From positions 62,001-126,000 of the IMG/VR virus record IMGVR_UViG_3300029911_000001: a stretch of 64,000 nucleotides of DNA; one strand, written 5' to 3'. The translations under genes were made by a program, and so were the position numbers. The notes beneath the pieces were generated by a model. The model was not told the DNA's origin. It saw nothing but the letters and a program-made list of their open reading frames with translations, and made no database searches. Below, piece after piece: positions 53,099-62,696 of this stretch (within the stretch, counting starts at the first letter, position 1; each line of letters begins with the position of its first letter).

Positions 53099-56053
53099 TC
53101 AACGAGTTAGCGGGATGTGGGGTTCGATGATAAACTGATTAGGTGTGATAGCTCTACCCACAACAATAATCCACTGGCAGTTGGTTGTGACGTTCGAGTA
53201 GTCCTGAGTAAGGATTCCACCGACTGTAGCGTAGATGAGAGCACCTACAGTGAAGTTAGCTCCATCATATTCATAGACCCCGCCATAATTGGTACCCACG
53301 GTTATTGGAGCCCCTGCTGTGGCTGTGGAGAGGGTGATGCCGGAAACGATAGGGTATATAGGGTAGCCTTGTCCGTCCGTTACCACGGTAGTTGGGTCTA
53401 TGGCTGACACTCCGCCATCACTCTGCACCATAACTGCTGTGAGGGGAATGAGATTGGTATTCGCGTTAAAGGTCAAGGTCGGGCTGGTACTGCTGGAGGG
53501 TATGCTTACGGTAGCTGTAGGTGCTGAGGAGGATGTGATAGTCGCGGAGATGTAACTACCAGTCATAACCTGCTGAGCCGTGGTAAGACCATGAATCGCG
53601 ATGACCTGAATTACATCTCCCTTGTTGAGAGACTGAACAATGGACATTTGAATGGTGGTTGGCCCTGTCTGAGTTCCGTCAGTGGACACAGTATCGAGCA
53701 CCGTAGTACTGTTCAACATAAGGTTAGCCGTGCGGTAGCCCAAGCCCCCAATACCCCAATTAATCTCAACTACGATGGCATAGTTACCTGTAGCCTGAGC
53801 GGTAAAAGTGTTATCACTTGTGACGTTCCCTGTCAAGTCGAAATCTACTTGGTCAAAGGACACAGGGAGACCCGCTTGTCCAACCGGCACTGAGTTGATA
53901 ACCGAGTTAACTTCTGCCTTCCAGCCCACGTTAGTAAAATCCTGAAGCAGGAATTGCTGTTGCTGTATAGCCGACTGAATGGCAGTACTAATAGTTGTTC
54001 CCTGCTGTTGCGCTGCTGCATAGCTCAAGTTAGTGCGGAGCATCGCTATCTGCGTGCCAATAGGCAACTGCTGAATGTCGGGTCGCATGAGAAATGTGTT
54101 CGGGTTAAAGGTCGTCCCCTGCCACCCGGATTGTCCCGCTGCGGGTCCCCCATTGGTGGAGAAAGTAACCACTGGGGCCTTGGGAATCTGAAGCAGAGGG
54201 TAGCCCGGAACCCATGTACGATTGCGGGTAGCCGCGTCCGCCTTTAGCTGGTTGTAAATGGTGAGGTCGCCTAGTGGGTCGATAGCTGAATCTAACGCAG
54301 CCGGGTAGCTCACCACGAACTGAACAAGGTATGGGTCTTGCAGCAATAGAGCTTGAAGGTTCGCGTTGAAGGTACGCCAAAACTGGGTGAAACGGTCAAC
54401 GAGCTTGGCCTCCGCGAACTGGTCGTAGATGAACTTGAACTGGGGTCTAGTCGTGGTGTACGTCGGTGTGTTCTTGATGTTTGTGTCCGCGAGAGCAATT
54501 ACTTCCTGCAACACGTTCCCTATAGCAGAAGGGAACGTGCAGGGAGTCGGGTACTCTGCCTCACCATTACCGAGAGTGACTGTGGATGTGACGGTGGGGT
54601 TGACGGAGGTAGCCGTGTAGTCAAGGTCGGTGCCAGTGAATGAGGATACGTAGTTAGGGCTCACGTAGGAATCCCAAAGCTGGCTGCGGGTGTAACCAAG
54701 TAGAGAAGCTTCAAGATAGGAAAGCTGCCACAACAAGTTACCTTGAACCGTTGGCGTGGCACCAGTCAGTGTGGCGATGAGGGGAATAGCCTTGGGAGCA
54801 TTGCTCAATGTTGTGCTGGGGAGGACGGCGTTCCATGGCGTCGGAGTCGCTGCCAGATAAACCAGTGACGGGGATACCAGTTGGGTGTACGCGACTTGGA
54901 AGTTTTGAACCCATGAACCTAAGCGTCCGTTACGAGCCGACGCCAAGTAAAAGAGCCATGCAGATGTTAGGTTAGGGTCGAAGTTGGACGCTACCACCTG
55001 TTCGAGTGTGACAAAGTGTACCATAGCCTTACGCAGGTTGGCATTGCGAACGGTGAGGTCAGGGTTGGCATAGTCTGGGTCGGTTGGTTCAATCGTCTGG
55101 TCGCGGAGGGTCGGGACGATGGAAACGATGTTGCCCTGATAGGTAGCTGATGGCATCTGGTAGTTCGAAATGATGGTCGAGGGATCGGGCACTGCACCCT
55201 GCATCGAGTGGTTGACACTGAACGGGTTGGCAAGGTTGGTCGCCGCGTAAGTAGGTGGAAGAAAAGTAGGGGTCGAGGTTGAGTTCTCCATCGTAGTGAT
55301 GAAGTTAGGGTCACTCAAGTCCTGCCCAGTATTGGGGATGAGACCACCGAGGGGGGGGACGAAGGCGGATGTGCCAAATTGCAAGCCACTGTAGGTCTGA
55401 ATGGTGGTCGGATAATTCGAGAAGATATTGATGTTCGGAACGTGGAGCACGCACTGATTGAAGGCGAAGTTGGTGTCGAACTTCAAGCTCTTCGCCGTCA
55501 ATGCAAACGCGCTGAGAGGTACGAAGTTGAAGCCATTCCAATGCCAGATGGTGTCGGAGAACAGATTCGGGATGGCCGGTAGGTTGGGAAGACCCCAGTT
55601 ACAAATCTCGTTCAGGGTAAGAGCAAGGGCGTTCAGGTTCTGCTGCACCATGCCCACAAGGTTCAACTCCATCGACTGAAGGATACCGATGTTCTGAGTG
55701 ACAGCCGAGATGAGACCAATGATTTCCTGCTGATAGTCGTTGATGCCCTTGATGATTTTGATGGAGTCTGCCACGTACTTTATACCACGTGGAAGGTCAG
55801 ACAGCTTGCCATCAATGGCAAGGTTGTTCATGTTAGTGTAGAGGTCTATCTTCTCCATCAGGTCCTTCTTTTTTTGAAGGAGCCAATGCTGTGCATCGCC
55901 GATGTTCCGTTCAAGTAGACGACCGTCTTCAAGAGCTTTATGGTAATACTTCTCAATCGTGGGGTCGCCGAGAGGGGATAGGCGTGTCACCGCTCCTTTT
56001 GCCTTTATGGGCCACATCTCGGCGTTCTGTAGGTCTGTAGTAAAAGTCGCCAT
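53099..56053 (-). CDS. Virion structural protein with C1q/TNF-like domain
   Basis: VSFDQVDFD.....FTAQATGNY...SLNKGDVIQV near the C-terminus. Confidence 0.7.
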   Translation of the reverse strand: MATFTTDLQNAEMWPIKAKGAVTRLSPLGDPTIEKYYHKALEDGRLLERNIGDAQHWLLQKKKDLMEKIDLYTNMNNLAIDGKLSDLPRGIKYVADSIKIIKGINDYQQEIIGLISAVTQNIGILQSMELNLVGMVQQNLNALALTLNEICNWGLPNLPAIPNLFSDTIWHWNGFNFVPLSAFALTAKSLKFDTNFAFNQCVLHVPNINIFSNYPTTIQTYSGLQFGTSAFVPPLGGLIPNTGQDLSDPNFITTMENSTSTPTFLPPTYAATNLANPFSVNHSMQGAVPDPSTIISNYQMPSATYQGNIVSIVPTLRDQTIEPTDPDYANPDLTVRNANLRKAMVHFVTLEQVVASNFDPNLTSAWLFYLASARNGRLGSWVQNFQVAYTQLVSPSLVYLAATPTPWNAVLPSTTLSNAPKAIPLIATLTGATPTVQGNLLWQLSYLEASLLGYTRSQLWDSYVSPNYVSSFTGTDLDYTATSVNPTVTSTVTLGNGEAEYPTPCTFPSAIGNVLQEVIALADTNIKNTPTYTTTRPQFKFIYDQFAEAKLVDRFTQFWRTFNANLQALLLQDPYLVQFVVSYPAALDSAIDPLGDLTIYNQLKADAATRNRTWVPGYPLLQIPKAPVVTFSTNGGPAAGQSGWQGTTFNPNTFLMRPDIQQLPIGTQIAMLRTNLSYAAAQQQGTTISTAIQSAIQQQQFLLQDFTNVGWKAEVNSVINSVPVGQAGLPVSFDQVDFDLTGNVTSDNTFTAQATGNYAIVVEINWGIGGLGYRTANLMLNSTTVLDTVSTDGTQTGPTTIQMSIVQSLNKGDVIQVIAIHGLTTAQQVMTGSYISATITSSSAPTATVSIPSSSTSPTLTFNANTNLIPLTAVMVQSDGGVSAIDPTTVVTDGQGYPIYPIVSGITLSTATAGAPITVGTNYGGVYEYDGANFTVGALIYATVGGILTQDYSNVTTNCQWIIVVGRAITPNQFIIEPHIPLTR

Positions 56054-56063
56054 TATCCTTGCC

Positions 56064-56321
56064 TTACCCTTGCCTTACCCTATCAATGACCCGTCGTATA
56101 GCTTTAAGCGGGTACGAGTAGTCGTTGTTGTGCAGATACGCCCTGAAGAAAAACTCAAACTCAGGGTCTTGAATGTCGTAGCCATCTTCCTCTACATAGA
56201 AACGCAAGGTGTCAACGATGGCTTGGTCCCCATCATCGTCATCCGGCTGGCCGTCATCTTCAACGTCATCGTGCTCCAAGAGCCAGTCAATCTTATTCGC
56301 GTTGAGGTCGTCTTGATTCAT
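56064..56321 (-). CDS. Small acidic hypothetical protein
   Basis: 85 aa, D/E-rich, translationally coupled. Confidence 0.65.
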   Translation of the reverse strand: MNQDDLNANKIDWLLEHDDVEDDGQPDDDDGDQAIVDTLRFYVEEDGYDIQDPEFEFFFRAYLHNNDYSYPLKAIRRVIDRVRQG

Positions 56322-58621
56322 TAGCTGTTCTCGTCCGATACATAGTCGCCCTGATTGTGAACGATATCCGGGGCCTCTGTTGTGTGCCTCGTCATTGCTG
56401 ACTGGATAATCTTCTGAGCCGACTGTACATGGTCGGTCTTAGTGGTACCCCGGAAGGTTGCACATTCCAAGATGTAATCTCCTGTGATGTGCTCGTGCTT
56501 GTTGCCCTTGATGAGTAGGTCTACGTCACCGTTGATTTCCAACCGCAAAGCCTTCTGTTGCTTGTTCTGACCGATGGTCATTTCAACCCCGCCATCGAGA
56601 GCCGCTGTGAGCGACCGTCCTAATTGGTCTGCTCCTACCGCAAGCACGATAGCCCCGGCAAGGTCGAGGAGTAAGGACTGACCAGAGGCTGGGTTGCTGC
56701 CAATGCGGAGGAGAACGTCCCGTACCGCGTGCAAGTCAACCGATAGACCGTGAGCATCGGCATTCGTCAGTGGAGCCCCTGACCAGTTGTAAGGCAGCAT
56801 GTTGACTTGTGGCGTGCCCACCTGTGTAAGGTCGTGAAAGGCATAAATGTTATCCCCGGCTCCGTAAGTGGGGCGACCGGGTGAGTGAGAGTCGAGACGG
56901 CTGGTTGAAGTCACAGCGTACGGCGTCTTACCCTGTCCATCCTGATAGCCGTTAACAAGGTGACGACGCTTGGAGTTAGGGTCACGGGCACCAATACGGG
57001 CTACGAAGGCACCATCAGCCGCGAGGCGTAGGGAGATGTTCTCCGCACCAGTCTTATTGGTGAGGTCACCGGCATCGCCAGCGGCCAGCTTGGGGGCTGT
57101 CCAATAGTTGAGTGTACGCTGCTGCACCGAGTCATTCTTGCTCCGAGTCTGGGTGAGCACTGTGCGACCACGGTCGGGGAGAGAGGTATCGTCGGCACCG
57201 AGACGAATGACGCTCTGACCCAAAGCTTGAAGGTCGATGGCATCTTCCTCATCGCGGTTCTTTCCGACAACCAGCTTGAGGGAACCTACAAGGTGACCTT
57301 CGAGAGAGCGACCGGCACCATGCGGGTGCTCATACCCTCCAGCCAGAGGGATGTTCTCCTTAGGCATCGTGGCACCAATTTCAAACGATGTGAATCCTTC
57401 CTTGGTAACGTCCCAGCGAGTGGTGTTGTACTCGTAGGGGAAGCGGATGGAATGGCAGGATGCAGCCAAGCGTGCTTCAACATGGTCAGCCGAATCCACG
57501 GCAGGAATGTAACCCGACTCAAAATCAGCACCGAAGCGTCCTTGCTGAGTGTAGGGACTAAGCACCGGTTTGAGCACCATACCATAGGTGGACTTGTCGA
57601 ACAGGTTGTACCCCACCAGAGTGCCCGTGGTCTTTTCCGCGATGAAGCCACGACGCTGAGGCGTGATGCCCTCGGCCAATGTGGGACCTACAGGAGCCGA
57701 CTCTGCTCCTGCAATAGGATGGTCGAAGCCTTGGTTAGCGAGGTATGATTCACTGTCAAATGAAATTTCACCTGTCGTCTGGATAGTAGTGCGTTGCCAT
57801 GGGTCAGCCGTAGTTCCTAGAGCAAAGTCAAGCAAACTACTCTGAAGAATCTCAGGAGTGAGAGGATAGTCAAGAGCGTATTCCTGAACTCTGTCCGTCT
57901 GCTCCGACCATGCGATTACATCCTGCTCACCGGATATATAACGGTCGGATGGTTGAGCATTAGGTTGTAGATACACAACTGATTCCTTGGAGCCATCAGG
58001 TAAGACGACAGGGGTGACCGTAGATGCTCCGGGACGGGTGACTGCACCCTTGAACTCAATGCCAGAGTGCGTGTACTGGAAACGTGTGCCGGTCATCTGC
58101 ACCCAGAGACGACGGTGGGTATCCAACCGGTCGCGAGTCATGTCCTGTGACGACTTGTCCCAACCGGCATCTACCTTCTCAGTGTAGCCCGAAGCCATGG
58201 ATACTGCACGCTGTCCGGGATATGCCTTGCGGTAGTTGCCACGGACACGACGGTTGACGATGGGAACCTTCGTCCCCATGTTGTATCCAATTACATCCTG
58301 AGACCGTTGAATGTCAGTTACAACTGGAGTGAGTAGAGCGTACTGAACATAACCGTTGTCATAGAAGATAGGCACGGTGAGAAACAGGGCACCCTCTTCC
58401 GGCATCGCCACGTCGGAGGACTCGGCTGAGTTGGAGTTAGCGGGAAGGATGTTTACTTCTCTCAGAATAGCCCCGTTCCGAGTATCCATAAGCGAAGCAA
58501 TACCTCGCTCCCAGTCCATGGTCAGAATGGATGCTACAAAAACTTGGAATTGTTCCTCACTGCGCTGGGCAGCGTGAAGCGGGGGTCGGTACTCATTCGC
58601 TCTTGTTGTTGAATATCCCAT
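56321..58621 (-). CDS. Putative baseplate central spike (gp5/gpV-like)
   Basis: N-terminal OB-fold-like ...MPEEGA...; C-terminal beta-strand repeats INGDVDLLIKGNKHEHITGD; ends IVHN. Confidence 0.65.
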   Translation of the reverse strand: MGYSTTRANEYRPPLHAAQRSEEQFQVFVASILTMDWERGIASLMDTRNGAILREVNILPANSNSAESSDVAMPEEGALFLTVPIFYDNGYVQYALLTPVVTDIQRSQDVIGYNMGTKVPIVNRRVRGNYRKAYPGQRAVSMASGYTEKVDAGWDKSSQDMTRDRLDTHRRLWVQMTGTRFQYTHSGIEFKGAVTRPGASTVTPVVLPDGSKESVVYLQPNAQPSDRYISGEQDVIAWSEQTDRVQEYALDYPLTPEILQSSLLDFALGTTADPWQRTTIQTTGEISFDSESYLANQGFDHPIAGAESAPVGPTLAEGITPQRRGFIAEKTTGTLVGYNLFDKSTYGMVLKPVLSPYTQQGRFGADFESGYIPAVDSADHVEARLAASCHSIRFPYEYNTTRWDVTKEGFTSFEIGATMPKENIPLAGGYEHPHGAGRSLEGHLVGSLKLVVGKNRDEEDAIDLQALGQSVIRLGADDTSLPDRGRTVLTQTRSKNDSVQQRTLNYWTAPKLAAGDAGDLTNKTGAENISLRLAADGAFVARIGARDPNSKRRHLVNGYQDGQGKTPYAVTSTSRLDSHSPGRPTYGAGDNIYAFHDLTQVGTPQVNMLPYNWSGAPLTNADAHGLSVDLHAVRDVLLRIGSNPASGQSLLLDLAGAIVLAVGADQLGRSLTAALDGGVEMTIGQNKQQKALRLEINGDVDLLIKGNKHEHITGDYILECATFRGTTKTDHVQSAQKIIQSAMTRHTTEAPDIVHNQGDYVSDENS

Positions 58622-58629
58622 GACACCCT

Positions 58630-61515
58630 TTATGTAGTGCTCTTGTTACCATTCAGTAGTTTGCTGACAAAGGTCTGAGCTTGCTGGTCTGAGGATGGTG
58701 TTACCCCCAGAGCATTGGGGATTTGTGTGTTGTTTGTCGGAGGAGTGACTGGACGATACAGCGGGGTGAGATTACTAGGAGGGGGCGGTCCTCCCGAAAC
58801 AAAAAAGTCTATACGATTTGCAACATCATCCAACGAGTCGGCGATGTCGTTGTCAGGTTGCGTGTCCTTGGTACCGTTTTGGGGAGTCCCCGGTGGCGGA
58901 GTCACCAACTCAAAACTCGTGGCTGATTGTTCAAAACTGGATAGGGTGCTCAGCTTGGACATCTCAGATGCCAGCGAGGCGCTGGGGTCAATCGCAGAAG
59001 GAGAACCTACTCCCGCGAAGAGGAACACGTTGGCTCCGGTGATGGACTGAGTTTCGAGGCTGTTCACAGCCGTGGTCGTGAGAATGCCTAGTCGGGTTTC
59101 GAGCAACGCTTCGTTGAGAGACTTCCACCGTCCCCATGGAAACGGTGTAAGCAGTTCATATCCACCTTCGTCCGTGTAAGGCTGAGCGGTGAGAATCTTC
59201 TGCATGTACCATATATTGATACCAGTGGATGGTGTCTTGTTGGTGGGGGGTTGCTGACCGTTGCTTGTGGTCTGAGTCACAGCTTCATCCTGAGCCGGGA
59301 CGAGCCAGTTGGACTTAGAGAAGAAGGGTTGTCCAATAGGAACAGGTGCTCCACTACAGTTGGTGAACTTACCATCTGCCTGTATTGTGGTTTTGTCGTT
59401 TTGCACGCGGAAGCTCTTAGTCGTGGTGTCCGCCTTAGTCTGCCACGAGGTTCCCCACTGGTTACGTCGGTTGCTGATGACTTCCCAATCCTCCTGATAC
59501 ACAGGCTTGTTAGGGGATTGACGTTGAGTGGCTGGTGAATTAACCAACTTGGCTTTGGAGTTAGAGGACACTCCCCCACTTCCCGACGCGGTGCTGGCCT
59601 TCTTGTTTGTAGCGTTGGTTGCCTGTGACTGACCAGTGGCCGTCGTGGGGTTTGTTGTCGTTGTGTTAGCGGAGCTAGGTGGTTCCGTCCACTGCATCAC
59701 AAGGTTGGGCTGTGTTGTGTAAATTACCTTGTCCTGCGTAGTTCCTGTGCTGCTGCCAACTGGGTGGGTTGCAGGGAACATCGGACGCTTACGCAAGCTG
59801 TCAAGCGTAATGGACATCGTGGCTGCGTTGCCATACTGATACTGGATACTGATGTTCTTGATGTACCCATACATATCCTTGTGAGGAAGATACATAGGAA
59901 ACCCCAGCTTCAATTCAGGACGCAGAGGGATGGTCAGTGTGTAGGTCTTCCAGCTACGGTTAGCACGCACCAATTCACATACCGCATATGTATACAAAGC
60001 GATCTTACTCCCATAACTGAGCCATGGGATTGGCCGAGCCGGTTCTTCCCGCACACCAAACTTAGCTAGTTTAGGGATGTCGATGTGCGTGATGGTGGGG
60101 AGCACCTGACGGGTGGATTCAGGGCTAATCATACCGTTCGTGATGATGGGTGTCTGCACCGTCACACGAGTTGCACGGATGCCCTGCTCATCTTCTGTCT
60201 CACTCTCAGTTTCAATCTCGCTCAGGTGGACGACGAATGGGTTGCTGTCTGTCCGCAAGTTGAGATAGGTGGGGTTCTTGCTGGTGTTGGTCGAATCGGT
60301 CACGTTGGTCACATCGAGGTTGTACAGGGGTGGTTTGAAGATGATGGTACCGTCCACGTCCTGAAATCCCTCATAGCCGATGGACTGAAGAATGGTACGG
60401 ATACGCTCTAGGCGATTCGTGATTCTTCCGTTAGTTAGCTGCAAACTTCCGATAGCCGTGTCCATCTGATAGTTTCTGATGAGTGACACGTAGAAGTCGG
60501 AGTTGGTCGCTTGTTCAACGAGAGATACCTTAGGGGAGACAGAGAATCTCGCGGGGATGTAGGAAGGGTCAGATGACCCCTGACTCTCTGGGTTTAGTCG
60601 TGTGCTGTTATTGTCGGCAGAGTCAGGGACGGGCTGGTCTTTATCCGACGGACCATCCTTACCCATGAGGTAACCTGTGATGTGAACTTCACGACGCAGG
60701 TTATCAAGGATAGGTTGCCATTTGTTGATGTATCCGGCTTCTACTGCTCCCGCCCAATCGTCCCCCTCTTGTCCCTGCTTGTTCAACTGGGCTTGCTGGA
60801 TGCTGGTGATGGTAAACTGGTCAGTCGAGATGGGGCGGGTGAAAACATCGCCAAGCATTTGGTAGGGATTCATACCATACTGATTGGTCTGATAGGGCAC
60901 AACGCTGCTATCCGAGTTTGTCAAGCTGGCCGGTGCGAGGTCGGTGTACATCAAAGCCAAGAAGTGAAGGATGCCAAGGCACTGAATCGAAATCTGTAAC
61001 ACCATGCCATTGTCTTGATGGTTGACGTTGGTTGTCAGCCCCTTGAAGACCCGGTAGTAAATAGTGTTACCGCTTGCCGATGCGAAGTACCCCTTGGCGA
61101 ATACCTGTACTTCCATCATACTTTCGATGAGGTTGTTTCCCCCCGGAGACTGATAGAGATACTTCTGATGATTAGGTACCGCGAGGGAAAAGTTGGCGGT
61201 GGGTACAAGGTTGTCCACATCGTAGGTCGCCTGAAACGATTGCACATGGTCGTTGAAGCTCACATAGGTATAGGAGCTAGGGTGGCTTGGGTTCGTCTTT
61301 GTGTCTTCAACGTAGGGGTTAACCAGATATGTCTTACCATTCAGATATATGATAATGTCAGGGGCCGTCTTAATGATTTCACGTTCCTGAACCGTCTGCA
61401 TTATGTTGCGGATGCTGTGGTTCCCTCCGGTTGCTTGGACGTTTACTTTTAACGTAGGTACGCTTCCGGCTGTATTGCCGGTGTTGGTGGTCGAGTTTGA
61501 AGTGGCGTCTGACAT
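58630..61515 (-). CDS. Putative baseplate hub protein (gp27/late control D-like)
   Basis: MMEVQVFAKG...YRVFKG...FQDVDGTIIFKPPLYN...IPLRPELKLGFP...GYIKNIS. Confidence 0.7.
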   Translation of the reverse strand: MSDATSNSTTNTGNTAGSVPTLKVNVQATGGNHSIRNIMQTVQEREIIKTAPDIIIYLNGKTYLVNPYVEDTKTNPSHPSSYTYVSFNDHVQSFQATYDVDNLVPTANFSLAVPNHQKYLYQSPGGNNLIESMMEVQVFAKGYFASASGNTIYYRVFKGLTTNVNHQDNGMVLQISIQCLGILHFLALMYTDLAPASLTNSDSSVVPYQTNQYGMNPYQMLGDVFTRPISTDQFTITSIQQAQLNKQGQEGDDWAGAVEAGYINKWQPILDNLRREVHITGYLMGKDGPSDKDQPVPDSADNNSTRLNPESQGSSDPSYIPARFSVSPKVSLVEQATNSDFYVSLIRNYQMDTAIGSLQLTNGRITNRLERIRTILQSIGYEGFQDVDGTIIFKPPLYNLDVTNVTDSTNTSKNPTYLNLRTDSNPFVVHLSEIETESETEDEQGIRATRVTVQTPIITNGMISPESTRQVLPTITHIDIPKLAKFGVREEPARPIPWLSYGSKIALYTYAVCELVRANRSWKTYTLTIPLRPELKLGFPMYLPHKDMYGYIKNISIQYQYGNAATMSITLDSLRKRPMFPATHPVGSSTGTTQDKVIYTTQPNLVMQWTEPPSSANTTTTNPTTATGQSQATNATNKKASTASGSGGVSSNSKAKLVNSPATQRQSPNKPVYQEDWEVISNRRNQWGTSWQTKADTTTKSFRVQNDKTTIQADGKFTNCSGAPVPIGQPFFSKSNWLVPAQDEAVTQTTSNGQQPPTNKTPSTGINIWYMQKILTAQPYTDEGGYELLTPFPWGRWKSLNEALLETRLGILTTTAVNSLETQSITGANVFLFAGVGSPSAIDPSASLASEMSKLSTLSSFEQSATSFELVTPPPGTPQNGTKDTQPDNDIADSLDDVANRIDFFVSGGPPPPSNLTPLYRPVTPPTNNTQIPNALGVTPSSDQQAQTFVSKLLNGNKSTT

Positions 61516-62696
61516 TAGGGGTACACATAGGACGTGGGTGCAAATATGTATTGCATCTGTCCTTGACTGGTGGAAGCCAACGGGTTGGTGAACGGATTCA
61601 ACTCATCGTTGGTAGAAGCTACAACCGAAGGTGAATCCGCATAGGGGTTGTTAGCGAGGTTGCTAGTAGCAGCGGCTGTAGTTGAGGCAGTCGATGGGAC
61701 TGTCTGCTGAGACAAGGTGTTGTTCACCGTGCTCTGACCTGTGGTTCCCATCACAGCCGGGTAGCTGTGCCCTCTCTGAATGTTGTTGTGCTTGCTGTCC
61801 CAGTAACCAGAACTATCCCGGTAACGCTCCTTCCATGCAATAAAGGTCAACTCAAAATCAATCAGGAAGGGGTTATCGGCATTCTGAGAAATACCCATGG
61901 ACTCGAACATCCCAGACCAGATGAAGTTACCGACCCACAGGTCGATGTCTTGGTGCATACGAATACGACGGCGTAGGAAATCGGTCGCCAGCGGACCTTC
62001 GTTGAATTCCTCCCCCTCAAACCAATACCCATTATTCTCATAAACCTGCAACAATTGCATCAGGTTACGGTAGGATTCAGCGTAGAACTTAAACTCATCC
62101 GTGAGACCGAGAGCGAAGTAGGAACCCGCTGTCTGTCCTGATATACGAATAGAGGATACGTCCTCCCCCCACACACCGAACTGCCAGCCTCCTCGTGTAA
62201 CCGCCTGAGTATCCACTGTCTGCTTACTCACCTCGATGGTTTTGGGGTTGATAAGGAACGTGAACTCCGCATCCTGAGTAGGATCAAACACCCCTGTGGT
62301 GGGTATTACTCCCCGATGTGGGATGCGAATTTTCACGTAATCAGTGAGATTTTTGTTGGCACCAGTCACAAAAAAATCCCTGTTGGTGATTTGATGTGAG
62401 GTCATGACGCTGTTGCCCCTCGCATCCGTGGTTGCGGAAGCGTTGATGAACACTGCTTGAATGACGTTTAGGTCTATGCTGCTGGGAATAAACCGCTTCT
62501 CAGCACGTATGGGCAGGTTGCCTGTAAGACTGGCGTCACTGAGGTTGTTAACCGCAGGTAACACCGGCGTCGATATCATGGAAGTAGTTGGAGCAGCGTC
62601 GATTGTATCAAACGGAGGATCGGGTTGAGCCGTCACAGTCACGTTGGTGGTTTGTGTGTTCGTCGCCGGATTGAAGTTTTCAGATGTAATTGCCAT
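61515..62696 (-). CDS. Putative tail tube initiator / baseplate protein
   Basis: FLINPKTI.....TRGGW...WGED...I.ISGQT...G.FES..I...A.NPF..DFELTF. Confidence 0.6.
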   Translation of the reverse strand: MAITSENFNPATNTQTTNVTVTAQPDPPFDTIDAAPTTSMISTPVLPAVNNLSDASLTGNLPIRAEKRFIPSSIDLNVIQAVFINASATTDARGNSVMTSHQITNRDFFVTGANKNLTDYVKIRIPHRGVIPTTGVFDPTQDAEFTFLINPKTIEVSKQTVDTQAVTRGGWQFGVWGEDVSSIRISGQTAGSYFALGLTDEFKFYAESYRNLMQLLQVYENNGYWFEGEEFNEGPLATDFLRRRIRMHQDIDLWVGNFIWSGMFESMGISQNADNPFLIDFELTFIAWKERYRDSSGYWDSKHNNIQRGHSYPAVMGTTGQSTVNNTLSQQTVPSTASTTAAATSNLANNPYADSPSVVASTNDELNPFTNPLASTSQGQMQYIFAPTSYVYP